DNA from: Marsupella aquatica
Lineage: Eukaryota > Plantae > Marchantiophyta
Direction of reading: 5' to 3'
NCBI GenBank assembly: GCA_973895155.1
Contig: OZ316895.1
Location: forward strand, 20,226,803 to 20,290,802
Length of the DNA: 64,000 bases
The notes under the pieces were generated by a model. It had not been told where the DNA came from. It searched no databases and worked only from the letters and a program-made list of their open reading frames with translations. The position numbers and the translations under genes are program-made. Below are positions 25,229 through 37,127 of the stretch, piece by piece (position 1 is the first letter of the stretch; each line of letters starts with the position of its first letter).

Positions 25229-26961
25229 CTCTCCAATGATGCCACTGCACCAAGACCATCCACACTCTGCAACAAACACAAATAAGCATATTAAGCATGC
25301 CAACCTGGCACCATCTCCTCGTCTGCCTCATCATGCCAACGTGCTCCTGTCAAATCCCTTTGGCTCAGACAGGGATTGCGACTCAATCCATCAGCATCAG
25401 ACTGATGTAAGTGACCAGGTCTATGCAAGACCTCAAAATCATACTCCTGAAGTATGAGTGCCCAACGAGCAAGCTTACCAGTAAGCTTGTCTAACTCCAT
25501 CAACCATTTGAGTGGTTGGTGATCCGTAACAAGAGTGAAGGGATTACCAAACAAGTAACATCAAAAATGAGCCACTGCCCACACTGCAGCCAAGCATTCT
25601 CCCTCATAGGAGCCATACTTTGATTCTGCAATGTTGTTCAAATCGACTGGCATATGCTACCACAAACTCCCTTCCCTCATCATCACGCTGAGTGAGCACT
25701 GCCCAAGTCCCAACACGCTCCAATCAGTATGTAACCTAAATGGACGCCCCCTGATAGGTCTCCTCAAGATGGGCGCTGATGTGAGCTTCTCCTTCAACTG
25801 ATGGAAAGCTCTATCTTGATTAGCACCACTGCCACTCATGGTCCAGTCTCGTAAGTAACGTCAAAGGTTTTGCAATTGCACTGAATCCTTTCACATAGCT
25901 TTGGTAGAAGTTTGCAAGCCCCAAAAATGCTCGGACTCTACTCACATCTGTAGGCTGAGGGATCCCAGCAATTGCCTCCACCTTTGTTTGTTGCACACCC
26001 AATCCACCTGGATAAATGGTGTGCCCTAAATATGCAATCTGGTCATGGAAGAACTTGCATTTGTCAGGATGTAGTTCCAGATGCAGCTTCAATCCATGTT
26101 ATCTCAGCCGCTCAAACACCTACTGCAAATGTACATCATGCTCCTCCATAGTGTCACTATAGACAATAATGTCATCGATATAACATTTGGCAAAATCCAG
26201 GTTTGCCAAAATCCGATCCATGACCCTCTGAAACTCAGCTGGTGCATTCTTCAATCCAAACGGTAAGAATAGCTAGTGATACAACACATCCTTCTCATGA
26301 GCATCAATCCCCTAGAATGTTGTCTTCTGCCTGTCACCAATCCTGATAGGCAGTTGGTGATATCTAGCCCTGAGATTCAATGCGCTAAACACTCTCGCAT
26401 GCCCAATGACATCAAATATTTCCTCCGGTGTGGGCATGGCATACCTGTCAGACTTAGTCTGCCGATTAATTGGAAGATAGTCTCCACACATCCTCTTGTC
26501 AGTCCAATTGCCATGCATATCCTTCTTTGCTGGCATCACAGTGGTAGAAGCATACTCACCAAATGACTTCTCTACAAGTCCTGCTGCCAACAAATCCTGG
26601 CATCTTGCCTGAATCAATGCCCTCTCCATATCTGAACCGATATGGTCTCCGAAAGATGGGCGCATCAACTGCCAAATCTATCCGGATGCCTGGTCCCTTT
26701 AACATGCCCAAATCCTGCATGTTGAAAGCAAAACAACTTCCATAACTCCGTAGAAACTGTTGTACACGTCGTCTCTCACCTCCAGTGATCTTGGGGCCAA
26801 TAGTTGGCTCCCAACTGTCAATGGTAACCTCGGCAGAAGGTGTAGAGAACGCCAATTGTGGTTGCTATGCTGCAACCTTAGGAGCAGTAATACCATGCTG
26901 CTGCAAAAAAAGAAAGCCCACTGGCCTCTCCACTGACTCCCCATGAAGTCCAGAAATGACA
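25229..26961 (-). pseudogene. Gypsy RT and RNaseH of the DNMT-carrying element
   Basis: [32 protein letters not shown] (~26180), FLGLANFY, LHTDWS, LVTDHQPL, ADGLSR. Confidence 0.95.
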
Positions 26962-27011
26962 ATCTGTGGCACTGTCGCCCCCTGCTCTGATCTCTAAGGA
27001 CCCAATAGAGG

Positions 27012-28888
27012 GGGCCCGACCTCCGTGACAGGAAACAGGAAATAGTGATGATCATAACAGGAAAAATAGTGGAACAAAACAGGAGACTTGGTACTATCAT
27101 TCACAAAAAATGGCTTAATTTTGGACCAAACCAAAGAGGTCAAATTCAACATAAACTCAAAAAGATGGGGAAAACAACAATTATCGGAAGACGCCTTTAC
27201 TAGCGCTTAGTCCTAACCAAGCATTTGATACCGTTACAAATATCATTAACAAAATACCCGCTCACCATCTACCAAAATGATCAAAGAGAATGGTTTATAA
27301 GGCAAGAAAAGGTCATCCTCGAGAATGCATGCGAAAGAAATCCTCACGTTGTCGCGTGGACTGAATGCAAGGGTCACCTCGGGAAAATGGACTGTTTCTG
27401 GCTGCAATCCAGATGAGTGACAAACACAATTCGGGGCCCAAACTCAAACACTTTACTTTCTGGAAATCTCGTTATCAATACAATGGGTGCCCTTGGACGG
27501 GTCACTTGTGGAAGTCTGATCTCTAACCCTTCGACGGGCTACTATCTATCTTCCATCGGCTCTCGTCCACTCAAAGGCTATCAAGTCAAAAAATTCACGA
27601 AATCCAATTACTCAAGTGCTCAAGCTCACAACTCAGAATCTCTAGCTCGCATAGCCAACGATCCAACACTCAGGTTCCTGGTCCACACTCGGCAGCACCT
27701 CAAACCTCAATCCAAAATCTCCACGAATGATCAACTCCTCTGGACTGAGCTGAAGCCCAGCCCTCAAAAACGCCTCAAAAGTAGCATCCCCGCCCGATGA
27801 GTCATCGCCAAACGGGTTCAGAACTCAACAGCCAGACTCTTGGTCGCGAGAAGACGAACCAACGGCCCTTCACATCTCAATTGCAACCAACTCCTTAACA
27901 TCCGCATGCCCAAAACTCATTAGAAATGAAACACCAATTGTCGCTCAGAGTCGAGCTTGAAGTCGAAACAATTTGACTCCAAACCATTCGCAGCTCACAG
28001 AAAACGGAACGCCAATCGACTTCCTCAATCCTGGTCGCGGCATGGAAACGATTTGTCATGACATTCTCCCCCAATAAACCTGAGCAGCCTCCAGTCTGCT
28101 CCACTTTAATCAACATCGTCTAAGTCTGAACCAAAATCGGAACTCAAACTTATCCCATGCGCCTGGACCACTTCTCCTTCAAGAAATCCAAAATCCAAGT
28201 CAGAATCTGCTTCAGCTTCCCTCTTTCTTCCTTTAGAACTTAAACCTTTCGAACCTGTCTGAACTCCCTTCTCTTTGCCCAAATCCGAGTCTAAGTCCTT
28301 TGAATGCGCCTGGACCAGCGCCTCATCTTCATTTTCACTCAAGTCGGAACTTGAGTCCATTCCTTTATCAGTTCTCCTCTTAAAGACTTTCATTTTTTTC
28401 CCTGCATAAGGTACTTGGTGAATAGTCCCATCCAACTCTTGAATTGTATAGGTAGCATTCGGGTGAACAGTCACCACCACATATGGACCTTGCCACCTTC
28501 GAGCAAACTTGTTTCGGCTCAAGTGTTGCTCGTCCAACTTGCTTTCGTAAATCAAAACCCAATCTCCTTCCTTAACCATAACCGGCCTCAAACGATGAGT
28601 CCGATCGAACCTTGCCTTGTTCCTTAGCCACGCCATTTTCAATTGTTTCCGAGCCACTTCAATCTTTGCAAGTAACAGCCCAAAATGTTTGATCCTTCGA
28701 GCCAACAACTCTTCTCTCGAAACTTTGTCTTTCCAACCAATCAATCTCCAACTACAAATATCCTCCTCAAGAGGCATCATCGGCAAATGTCCAGTAAGCA
28801 ACTCAGCGGGAACATATCCGGTAACAGAACTGCAAGTCATCCGATCAGCAAGCAAGGCAAGTGGAAGAAGACTCGACCACCTGCCAAG
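27012..28888 (-). mobile_element. Inserted fragment of a different gypsy element (integrase C-terminus with GPY motif plus 3' non-coding region), flanked by a 50-bp duplication
   Basis: ORF 28106-29032 switches after ..ATD to WSSLLPLALLADR..TGYVPAELL..KFARRWQGPY. 26962-27011 equals 28889-28938 with 1 mismatch. Confidence 0.85.
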
Positions 28889-31800
28889 ATCTGTGGCACT
28901 GTTGCCCCCTGCTCTGATCTCTAAGGACCCAATAGAGGAAGAGCATCCATATTGAGGTGTTACTAAAGATTGTAACCGGCGTTGCTCTGCCAAGGCTAAG
29001 CTCACAATCCAAGTCAAAAAATTAAGATCCATAGCCTAACCCAGAATATGACGGCGGGCTGCTTCAATCACTAAGGGTACTGCTATCGGATGTCGAATTA
29101 GGTAGTAGTGTTTAACTAGAGTTAAAACTAGAGTAACTATAGTTAGAAGTAACTGTAGTTAGAGGTAGAGTAAGGTTAAGGGAAGGAAGCGGATGCATAG
29201 TAAATGGTAGAAGGTCAAGACAACTTAGCATGGAGTGTCAAGCTGACTTAGGTGCGATTAAGTTAGGTTAACATTTATTAGGTTAGCATTAGTAGTTGTA
29301 GTGCTTTGCATACAATTGAAGGGACGGCCTACTTAGCGGAATTTTAGAAAAGTCTTAGGATAGAATTAGATCTGGAAATTCAGCAAGTATGTAGTCTTAG
29401 GTTCAAGGAACACACCGGAAAGTTTTCAAGTAAAACGGAGGTCGGGGCACGATACTGGAGAATTATGAAATAGGGGTTTCATTATAAGTGCACTCAAACG
29501 GGATGCCGTCTAAAGTAAATTATGGGTTCTTAGTACAAGGTAAGCAGTCTTATAGGAGTTTGCTAAGAAGGCCAGGTGTCATCATGGGTCCTTCTCATAG
29601 GGAGACAAAGTCCAGGAACAATTTACGTTACGGCCAAGAGAGGTGCAGCAGAATTTCAGCAGCAATTCAGCAATGGCAGCTCGATGCATTGAAGAGAATT
29701 TGAATCCTTCCATAAGGATAACCGGGTTGACTCTGAAAAAATGGAGGAACACAGGATTGCCTGAAGGTAAGGCATGAGGAGATAAGGAATTGAATCTCGC
29801 TGGCAAGGGAAAACTCAGTGGTGCTGGAAGGAGCTCTTGAGATAAGGAAATCTCATTACTCGGACAATCTTGTTGTGGCAATAGAGATTAGCCGGCATTT
29901 TAATTTTGTGCTACTGAGTTGAACCGCTGCTGCTATTGAGTTTGATGTTGGTTGAGAACAATTGTTGCTGCTTCAAGCTTGTTGCTGAGAGCTTGCAGTT
30001 GCCGGGAGTAGTGCTGTTGCATAAGAAGAGCTGTTATTCAATTAGAGCTCCATTGCAGGGAGAGCTTCGTGCTATGGAAGATGGAGCAATGCTGATGGGA
30101 GGTGTATTGCCGCACAACTGGCTTCTATTCAATTAGAGCTTGATGCTTAGAGCTTGCTATTGGTAGGCTATGGAGAAAGTTCACTACATTAGTTGTTGAT
30201 CGATCCTTGAGATTGATGCTGCTACCCTGAAACTCGTGGCTGCCTGAAGTAGCTGCAGCAAAATTGAAAGCTTGAAAGTGGGGAGTTGGCTGGTGACTGG
30301 GTAGAGCAGCTTTGTGCTACTGAGCTATGGAGATTGAAGGTAGCTCACGAGGCTGGGAAGCTATGGTGAGAGCTGCATGTTACTGAAAGACTGAGCTATG
30401 GAGGGAGGCCGCTGTTGAAGAAGAAGAAAAAAAGAGCAAAGAAGAAAATGGGGAAGTAGCATCGCGAGGCTTCGAGCTGCTTGCGCAACATAGTGTAGCA
30501 TAGCGCAGCAGCTTGGTGCTACAAAATGTTGATGGCGAGGGAGGAGTCGGCGACCGGTTTTGAACTCGCGGCCTGTATCTTGCTAAGGAATTCGAATGGG
30601 CTACCAAGGGAGTTGTCCAAGCTCTTCGTTTAAAGAGTCCACACCAACTCTAATTGAACTTGGTACAACATCCGTTTCTAGGCCTTTGGGAGGACTTTGA
30701 GGCCAGTTCAAAGTCGGGTGAGGGACCAGGGAGGCTAGGGGAAAACCCCACGAGGTAGACCCGACTCCCAGGATGACTCGATAGTGGTTTTGAATTTGAA
30801 TAGACTATGAGAAGTTTTTTTTATGTGCCCTTAAAGTGGCCGTTGTGTTAAGTAGTGGGGCTATTATGAAGCCCAACACTTAGGGGATACAAATAAAATA
30901 ACTAGCCAGGATTTTAGTGCTGCTGGTTAGATAGTTAGGTGTTAGTATTGCGGTATACCAGCAGCTTGAGATACTTATGTTTTGCTGGTTATCACCCATT
31001 CACGCGGAAGTACTCTCTGGGTAAGGTCTCCAAATTGAACAAGGGCCGATCTGTATTCCTGTGGTAGCCGAGACTCAGTGGCATAACCCGAGACTCAGTG
31101 GTAACCCAGAACTCAGGGGCGTTCCAACATTCAGTTGTGGGCCGAGCTAGAGCTTTCTTTCGTGAGTATGTTGTTTTAAATATAGTGTGTAAATTCTGGT
31201 GATTGTAAGAGTTACCAAGGGGTACCCTCGCTACTCATGTCACAAGGAGGTTCTACTGCTGCCATTTCCTGTGTGACAACCAGAGTCGGAGTTATGGTAG
31301 TTGAGTGACCTGTGGTTAAAGTAGAAACTTAACCCGAGTTAAGTAGCAATCATCTAGTTACACTTAGGTTAACTTTTTCCAGTGACTACTAACCGGAGTT
31401 AGCACCCTGGGCCTGGTTTGGTTTGGGTTGGCTTTGGCTTGGAGCCCTGGGGTGCTGTGTGAGAGAATAAGAGGAGAAGCAGGGGGCTGCCTCCTCACTT
31501 GTTCATTCCTACCCTCTCTTGTAAGGCTGAAAGCTTGGAGGCTAAGGTTTTCATTTCCAGAGGGCAGCAGCATTGGTTTAAGGTACTTGGGAGGGTGGAT
31601 AGTGAGCTAGTCCACTAGGTAGGCGGCAAGGAGAGAGTGAAGGAAAGTGTTGGGATCTGAACTTGTACTATGCCTTGTAGTAAAGACTCGTGTTGAAGCC
31701 TCAGTCTTAAAGCATTGTCTAGTGAGTATGTGAATCCAGTGAGTGTGTATGTCGACGTTGTTATGATGTGACACCAGAGGGGTGAAGCTTGAAGCCTGGG

Positions 31801-33150
31801 AGTGAGCTCAGACTCGATCACTTGCCTTGTTGGGATAGGAGGTGACAAACCTGAAGCTCTTGGTGAAGGAAGCGGAGGGAACTCTGGGTATATTGACCAT
31901 AGCAAGAGTTTGTGGGGACAGCTTGTGGGGTTGCTTGCCGTGTTGAGATCGGGAGCGAGGTTGTGTGAGTGCTTCCTAGTGGGGAAGCAAGGGAGTGATA
32001 ACCACCCTTCAAGGTTATCTTTCCAACGGTGGAAATAAAACTGCCTAGTTGGGTGTGTGAGTGGAGAAGAAGGGAGTCAGTCTAAGAGAAATAGACTTGT
32101 TGTCCTACTATTTGCCCGTCCTAGGAACCCGGACAACGATAAGAAGGGGCATAAGTGGTGAATTTAACTCTAAGGGAGAGTTAAGCCCCATTGCAAGGTG
32201 TTGACAACTGTTGTGGGGCAAGTCTAAAATCCCATAGCACGCTCACACTCATCAGCAGTAGGTTCCGTCAGCTTGCTGTGTTGAGAATCCCAAATTAACC
32301 CCGGTCCACCATTACGGTAGGCATACGATGAGGGAAAACTCACCAAAGTGGGGAGTGCTGCACGTGGCTGACCAATCCGGTTCACCACTGTCAATGGGGA
32401 GCGATCATCATATTGCACCAACTGTGCATGACGGCCAATATCCAAAATGTGGTCCACGGTGAGCCCAACAGGCCGCACAATGTGCTGATATGCCCTCCGC
32501 AAAACCTCAGGTGACATCAACTTGGTCCACCATAATCGTGGACGATGTGCCATTGATCCGACGCTAACAGCATCTAAAAAAATAGCAGGTCCTAACCAGG
32601 ACCGCACTTTGTGCATACTAGCGACCATCTGTGATCTAGTATCACCCAACAAGGGAACATTCTCTAGAATGTAGGCGGGAGAGATATGTTGCTGCTCCTA
32701 CAAAAACCTCATCACACGCAGCATCTCCCAAAACATGTGAGAACGATGGTCTTTGAGACCAGATCCTGTCCAAGCAAAGGAATGGCCCTGGCATGGCCAA
32801 CCAGCAATCACGAGGTGAATCTCACTGACGCGTACTAAATCTGGCACCCCCAAAAGTGAGATGTCTGTTGGCAAAGTGTGCTGATAACCTCTGATAGCTG
32901 ACAGGGGTAACAAATCAGGGAACTGCTGATGCAACTAAGCAACATGATGTAGTGAGACACGTCAAGCTGTGTCATTGCGCTCCACATAGAGATACTGTTG
33001 CACTCTAATGCCAGCATGTAAGACAGTAGCTAGACCAGTGCTCATGCCACCAAACAGTTCCAACAAGCGAATACCCTCGACGGGGTATGTCCACAAAATG
33101 GGAGTGGTGTCCAATGGGGACAGAGTGATCAAACTAGGAATGCCATCCAT
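28889..33150 (-). pseudogene. DNMT3-like C5 cytosine methyltransferase domain, split by a solo LTR (33150-32207 and 29083-28889)
   Basis: Motifs in canonical order: LLELFGGMSTG (I), YVE (II), GWPCQG (IV), LENV (VI), AHRPRLWW (VIII), ECERAMGF (IX). Beyond the LTR, ARRHILG*AMDL (X). Confidence 0.92.
29084..32206. mobile_element. ~3.1-kb solo LTR (family B)
   Basis: Termini TATCGG (TGTCGG in the 4820 copy)...TTGACA. TSD ACTGC/ACTGT. It interrupts the DNMT frame. Further copies at 4820 and 63887. Confidence 0.9.
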
Positions 33151-33154
33151 CAGG

Positions 33155-33855
33155 ATGGAAGTCTTTCAACTTAGGCCATGCTCTGAAGGGAGATGCGGAA
33201 AAATCCATTCAAGCACTGCTCAAGGAGTATGAAGATGTGTTTGCATGGAGCCATCACGATTTGACTGGAGTCTCCCCTGAGTTGGGAGAACACACGATCA
33301 ATTTAAACTTGGGGGCTTACGCCGTACGGCAGCGGCAACGTTGCATGAACCCAAGGTACTCCATCTTGGTGAAGGAGGAGATTGATCGTCTTAGCTTCTA
33401 GCCACAGATATCATCTACCCGGTAATGGCCAGTGACTAGGTGTCTCCCATCGTCATCGTGCCGAAGAAGGGAGGTACAGACGGGAAGCCCAAAATTTGCA
33501 TCTGCCAGGACTATCATAAACTAAATAACGCCACTCGGAAGGATCACTACCCGATACCATTCATAGGTATGGTTCTAGATATGGTAGCCTGTAATGAAAT
33601 CTATACGTTCCTTGACAGTATTTGGGCTACAATCAAATTTGGATCCGACTCTCAGATCAGCTTATAACAACGTTCACCACGAAGTGGGGGACGTTTGCAT
33701 TTTGCAGAATGCCGTTTGGATTGTGTAACGCCCCGACCATGTTCCAGAGACTCATGATGAATATCTTCCATGACTTCCTACGGGAATTCCTGGAAATATT
33801 TATTGATGGCTTTGCCATCTTTGGAACCATCGCCATGCACCTCAAACATTTATGC
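33155..33855 (+). pseudogene. Gypsy RT fragment related to the 440-2830 element
   Basis: EYEDVFAW, SPIVIVPKK, CQDYHKLN, GYNQI, MPFGLCNAP, FIDG. Confidence 0.93.
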
Positions 33856-35490
33856 TGTAGTATCACACTAGGGACATAAATTAACATTTAAGATCCAAAA
33901 CTCGGTATTCGTTCCCATAGAAGAACATGTAAGGAATAATTTTCTATAATTTAGCACTTATGAATGACTTAAGTAACAAAAACACAAAGGGTGAGCCTTT
34001 TACTATGATTGCTCATCAAGGCATAGTTTTGAATATTTGCTTAACATTGTAAATAAAATTAACAAATGGAAACAATTAACAAAACACAATGAAAATCTTG
34101 AGGTATGGTGAGAGAGTTAGGAAACAACCAAGGTGACACCTCAACATAACTTCATTTGATATGATTTAGGTGGTATATCCGCAAGAATATTTATGGAAAG
34201 GATTACGGTACTAGGATGATTACTAAAATACCGTCAACATGTCTCAACTTTTCCTTTTAAGGTACTGAGTGGAGACTAGTAATCAATCACTTTTGTATCC
34301 AATCGGTACTTTGTGTCACGATTAAGAGACACCATCATGATCAAATTTGAAGCCATAAATAATTGGTAAGTAACAATCTTTGCATCCCGTGCACAAGCAA
34401 TGTCACGTCAAAAACTATGAATCAAGAACTAAGGAATATGTGAAACATCACCAACAAGGAATCTATTTCCACATACTCAAAAGATTTAACAATCACAATG
34501 ATTTTACTTCAAGGGTCCAAACTTCTCATTCATTTAGACTTGAAGGGGGAAGAATTCCTTTGTACTAAGTACTCATATGCAATGGAGTGCTTGTTACAAA
34601 TGGAGGTAACAAAGTTGCAATCTTGCAACTGAGCGCTCATAAAATTTCTTCACACAAGAAATGACATGAGAACTACTATCTATAGGCTAGCAGGAATCAA
34701 CGGGAAAAGAGATAATGAAAGGACATGCCCTTTCTTATCTCAAGGGTCATGGGTAAAAGTAAAGTAATAAAATTGTACTACAGAAGTACCTAAGTTTCAG
34801 TGGAATGTTCCTGGAATGAAAAGCTAACTAAAAGATATTTCAGGTGTTAACTATTGTAAAAGTGGAATTAGTGGTAAAACTAATGAATAGGGGTTTTATC
34901 AAAATTTTAATTTCTAAACTAAAAGTCATAAAAATGTGAGACTTTGTTGAAGTGGTCTTTGATGTATATTCTTTATGCTGACAAAATATGAGACTTTTCT
35001 GAGGTTCCTAAGTGCCTCAATAAAATAGGTAAAAGTGTTAAAAAAATTACAGAAAACAAAAAAAACGGAAAATGTTCTAAGTGTTGGGCGCATGCGTGTA
35101 TAGGCTCATAGGCGCATAAGCTCATTAGCGTTTTCGCGTCTAAGCAGAAAACAACAAAACTAAAATATTTTTAACTTTCAAACCACAAGTTGGTTTGAGT
35201 TGAGATTTTCAGGGTACGTTCTACTACGTAAGGGCTATCTCCTGGAAAAGTATGGGACTTTTCTGACTACTTTAAGTATTTAACTAAAATTGTGTAGATC
35301 TATATAACTTAACTATGGTCGCAGTAGAGCTAATTTTGTTGGAGTAGTGTCGTCGGATCTGGTTGCTGAGCTCCGGTGTAGGTGTTGGTCTGCGTAGCTT
35401 CTCGAATACCATCCATGTCTTGAGTGTGATGCCGATAAAAAGGTAAAGACTTCCGCTATCGTTCAAGATCCAGAACAAGAAGTAGTCTCC
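33856..35490. mobile_element. AT-rich LTR-like insertion, truncated, with deletion of the host RT-C/RNaseH
   Basis: Starts TGTAGTATCA exactly where the RT frame breaks. Non-coding. The host resumes in integrase at ~35490. Confidence 0.55.
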
Positions 35491-36707
35491 GGTGCGGGTA
35501 CATCCTACTAGCCATAGACTATTCCACCAAGTGGGTGGAAGCTCGGGCTACGGTAAAGGATGATGTCGCTACCAGCGCCAGGTTCTTGTATGAACAAATC
35601 TTCACTTGCTTTGGGCCACCCTTGGAATTAGTCAGCGATTGGGGAACGCATTTCATCAATAAAACCGTAGAGCGCCTTACGGAACGGTACCTGGTCAAGC
35701 ACCGCAAGACCACCTCATACCATCCAAAAGCCAACGGATTGACGTAGACGGCGACCGGGATCATTGGGAAAATCCTCAACAAAACAATAGTCGCGCACAA
35801 AATAGATTGGGATGACAAGTTATACGCTGTTGTGTACTCGTACAACTTGGCTTACAAGACTACTACCAATCACAGTCCGTACTTTCTCATGTTTGGACAA
35901 CACTCGTTGGTTTTGGTTGAGTTTGAAATTCACACACCGTGGGTGAGTATTTGGGATCGCTTATCCAAGGCCGATAGTTGTTCGGACAGAGCTTACCGGA
36001 TTAAAGCATTCTAGATGAAGCTTGGGTACTAGCTGCCCAACACGTAGCAAAGCAACAGGCACACTAGTAGAAACCGGGGTGTTTTATGACTAAGTTTTAT
36101 GACTGCCCATGACTCCTTGTGACTAAAGTTTGGGGGGTATCAAGCCAGTCGTAATTTTGACATAGCGTCTTATTTAAAGTGACTGAAATCGAGTGGTCAG
36201 CTATGTGACTAGGGTTTAAGACACATTTTGTGACTAAATAATGACCAAATCCGTACTTGGGCATTTTGGGATTTGGAGAAGGTGTAGTCTTACAAATGAC
36301 TGCAAAGTAGTCATTTGTATGACTCAAAATGAGATATGAATTAGTCACAAACAGTCAGTGAGGAAGAGTAGCCTTTTGCATATATGACTGGTGCTATGGT
36401 TCAATATCGGAACACAGGCGACTGATTATGACTAGTTGGTCTTAAAAGTTTAGAATATATGGGCACATTAGTGACCGATGATGACTACAAATGACTAATC
36501 ATTCTTAAAAATCTTAAGATTGGGCTAGACTGGTTGGTCTTATTGGGGACCATGATGTAATATATCACGGTCATATCTTAATGACCCAAAATGACTCATT
36601 AGTCTAGTTCACGACTGCATTCTTTGACCCTTTTGGTCAAAGATTTTGACTCGACCTGAGGCAATTGCACCCTGCACATAGCACTAGAACCATGACTAAT
36701 AGTCAAC

Positions 36708-37127
36708 TCAAGCATACAAGCATACATTCAAGCACTCAAGCATACAAGTGACATTGCCAGGCACACTGCAGGATGGAGAGTGGTTCCAGATGATACATTG
36801 TGCTCTATGCAAAAATTGACATCCAAGAGAACGGTCATCCAACTCTGGGCAAGAAGCCCGACAGGCAGGACAGTCATATTGGCAAATGTGTACACACCCT
36901 TGGGCCCTAATTTGTGGCGGGTCATGTACGAGAGACAAAAATACCAAGGATGTTGGGAAGGGTGGAGAAGCAGGTATAGGCCGACTGTAGTTATTCCTGG
37001 CAACAACAGGGTACTCAAAGTACCATGCAGACTGGGCAGGAAGGATCCCAAGTCTGACATACTCAAGGCGCAACCTCTCTGCCTTGCGTGCAAGCCGCAC
37101 ATGTTCAGCATTGCGAGTGCTCACCAT
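36708..37127 (-). CDS. Cys/His-rich orphan ORF of the CACTA family (homolog of 59030-59479)
   Basis: 139 aa. ~36745-37395 is highly similar to ~59095-59748 and the frame is open in both copies. Confidence 0.45.
   Translation of the reverse strand: MVSTRNAEHVRLARKAERLRLEYVRLGILPAQSAWYFEYPVVARNNYSRPIPASPPFPTSLVFLSLVHDPPQIRAQGCVHICQYDCPACRASCPELDDRSLGCQFLHRAQCIIWNHSPSCSVPGNVTCMLECLNVCLYA

Larger units (their letters stand above)
19200..33155 (-). mobile_element. Degenerate Ty3/gypsy element with DNMT-RT-RNaseH-integrase order, interrupted by a copia element, a 1.9-kb insert and a solo LTR; own LTRs not seen
   Basis: Minus-strand pieces join across the insertions: DNMT 33150-32207 + 29083-28889, linker/RT/RH 26961-25229, integrase 19901-19200. 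Confidence 0.85.

Noticed and set aside
28889-33150. Host DRM/CMT gene or bacterial restriction-modification methyltransferase
   Set aside because: Motifs are not permuted (not DRM), there is no BAH or chromo domain (not CMT), no introns and no nuclease partner, and the frame leads into gypsy RT.
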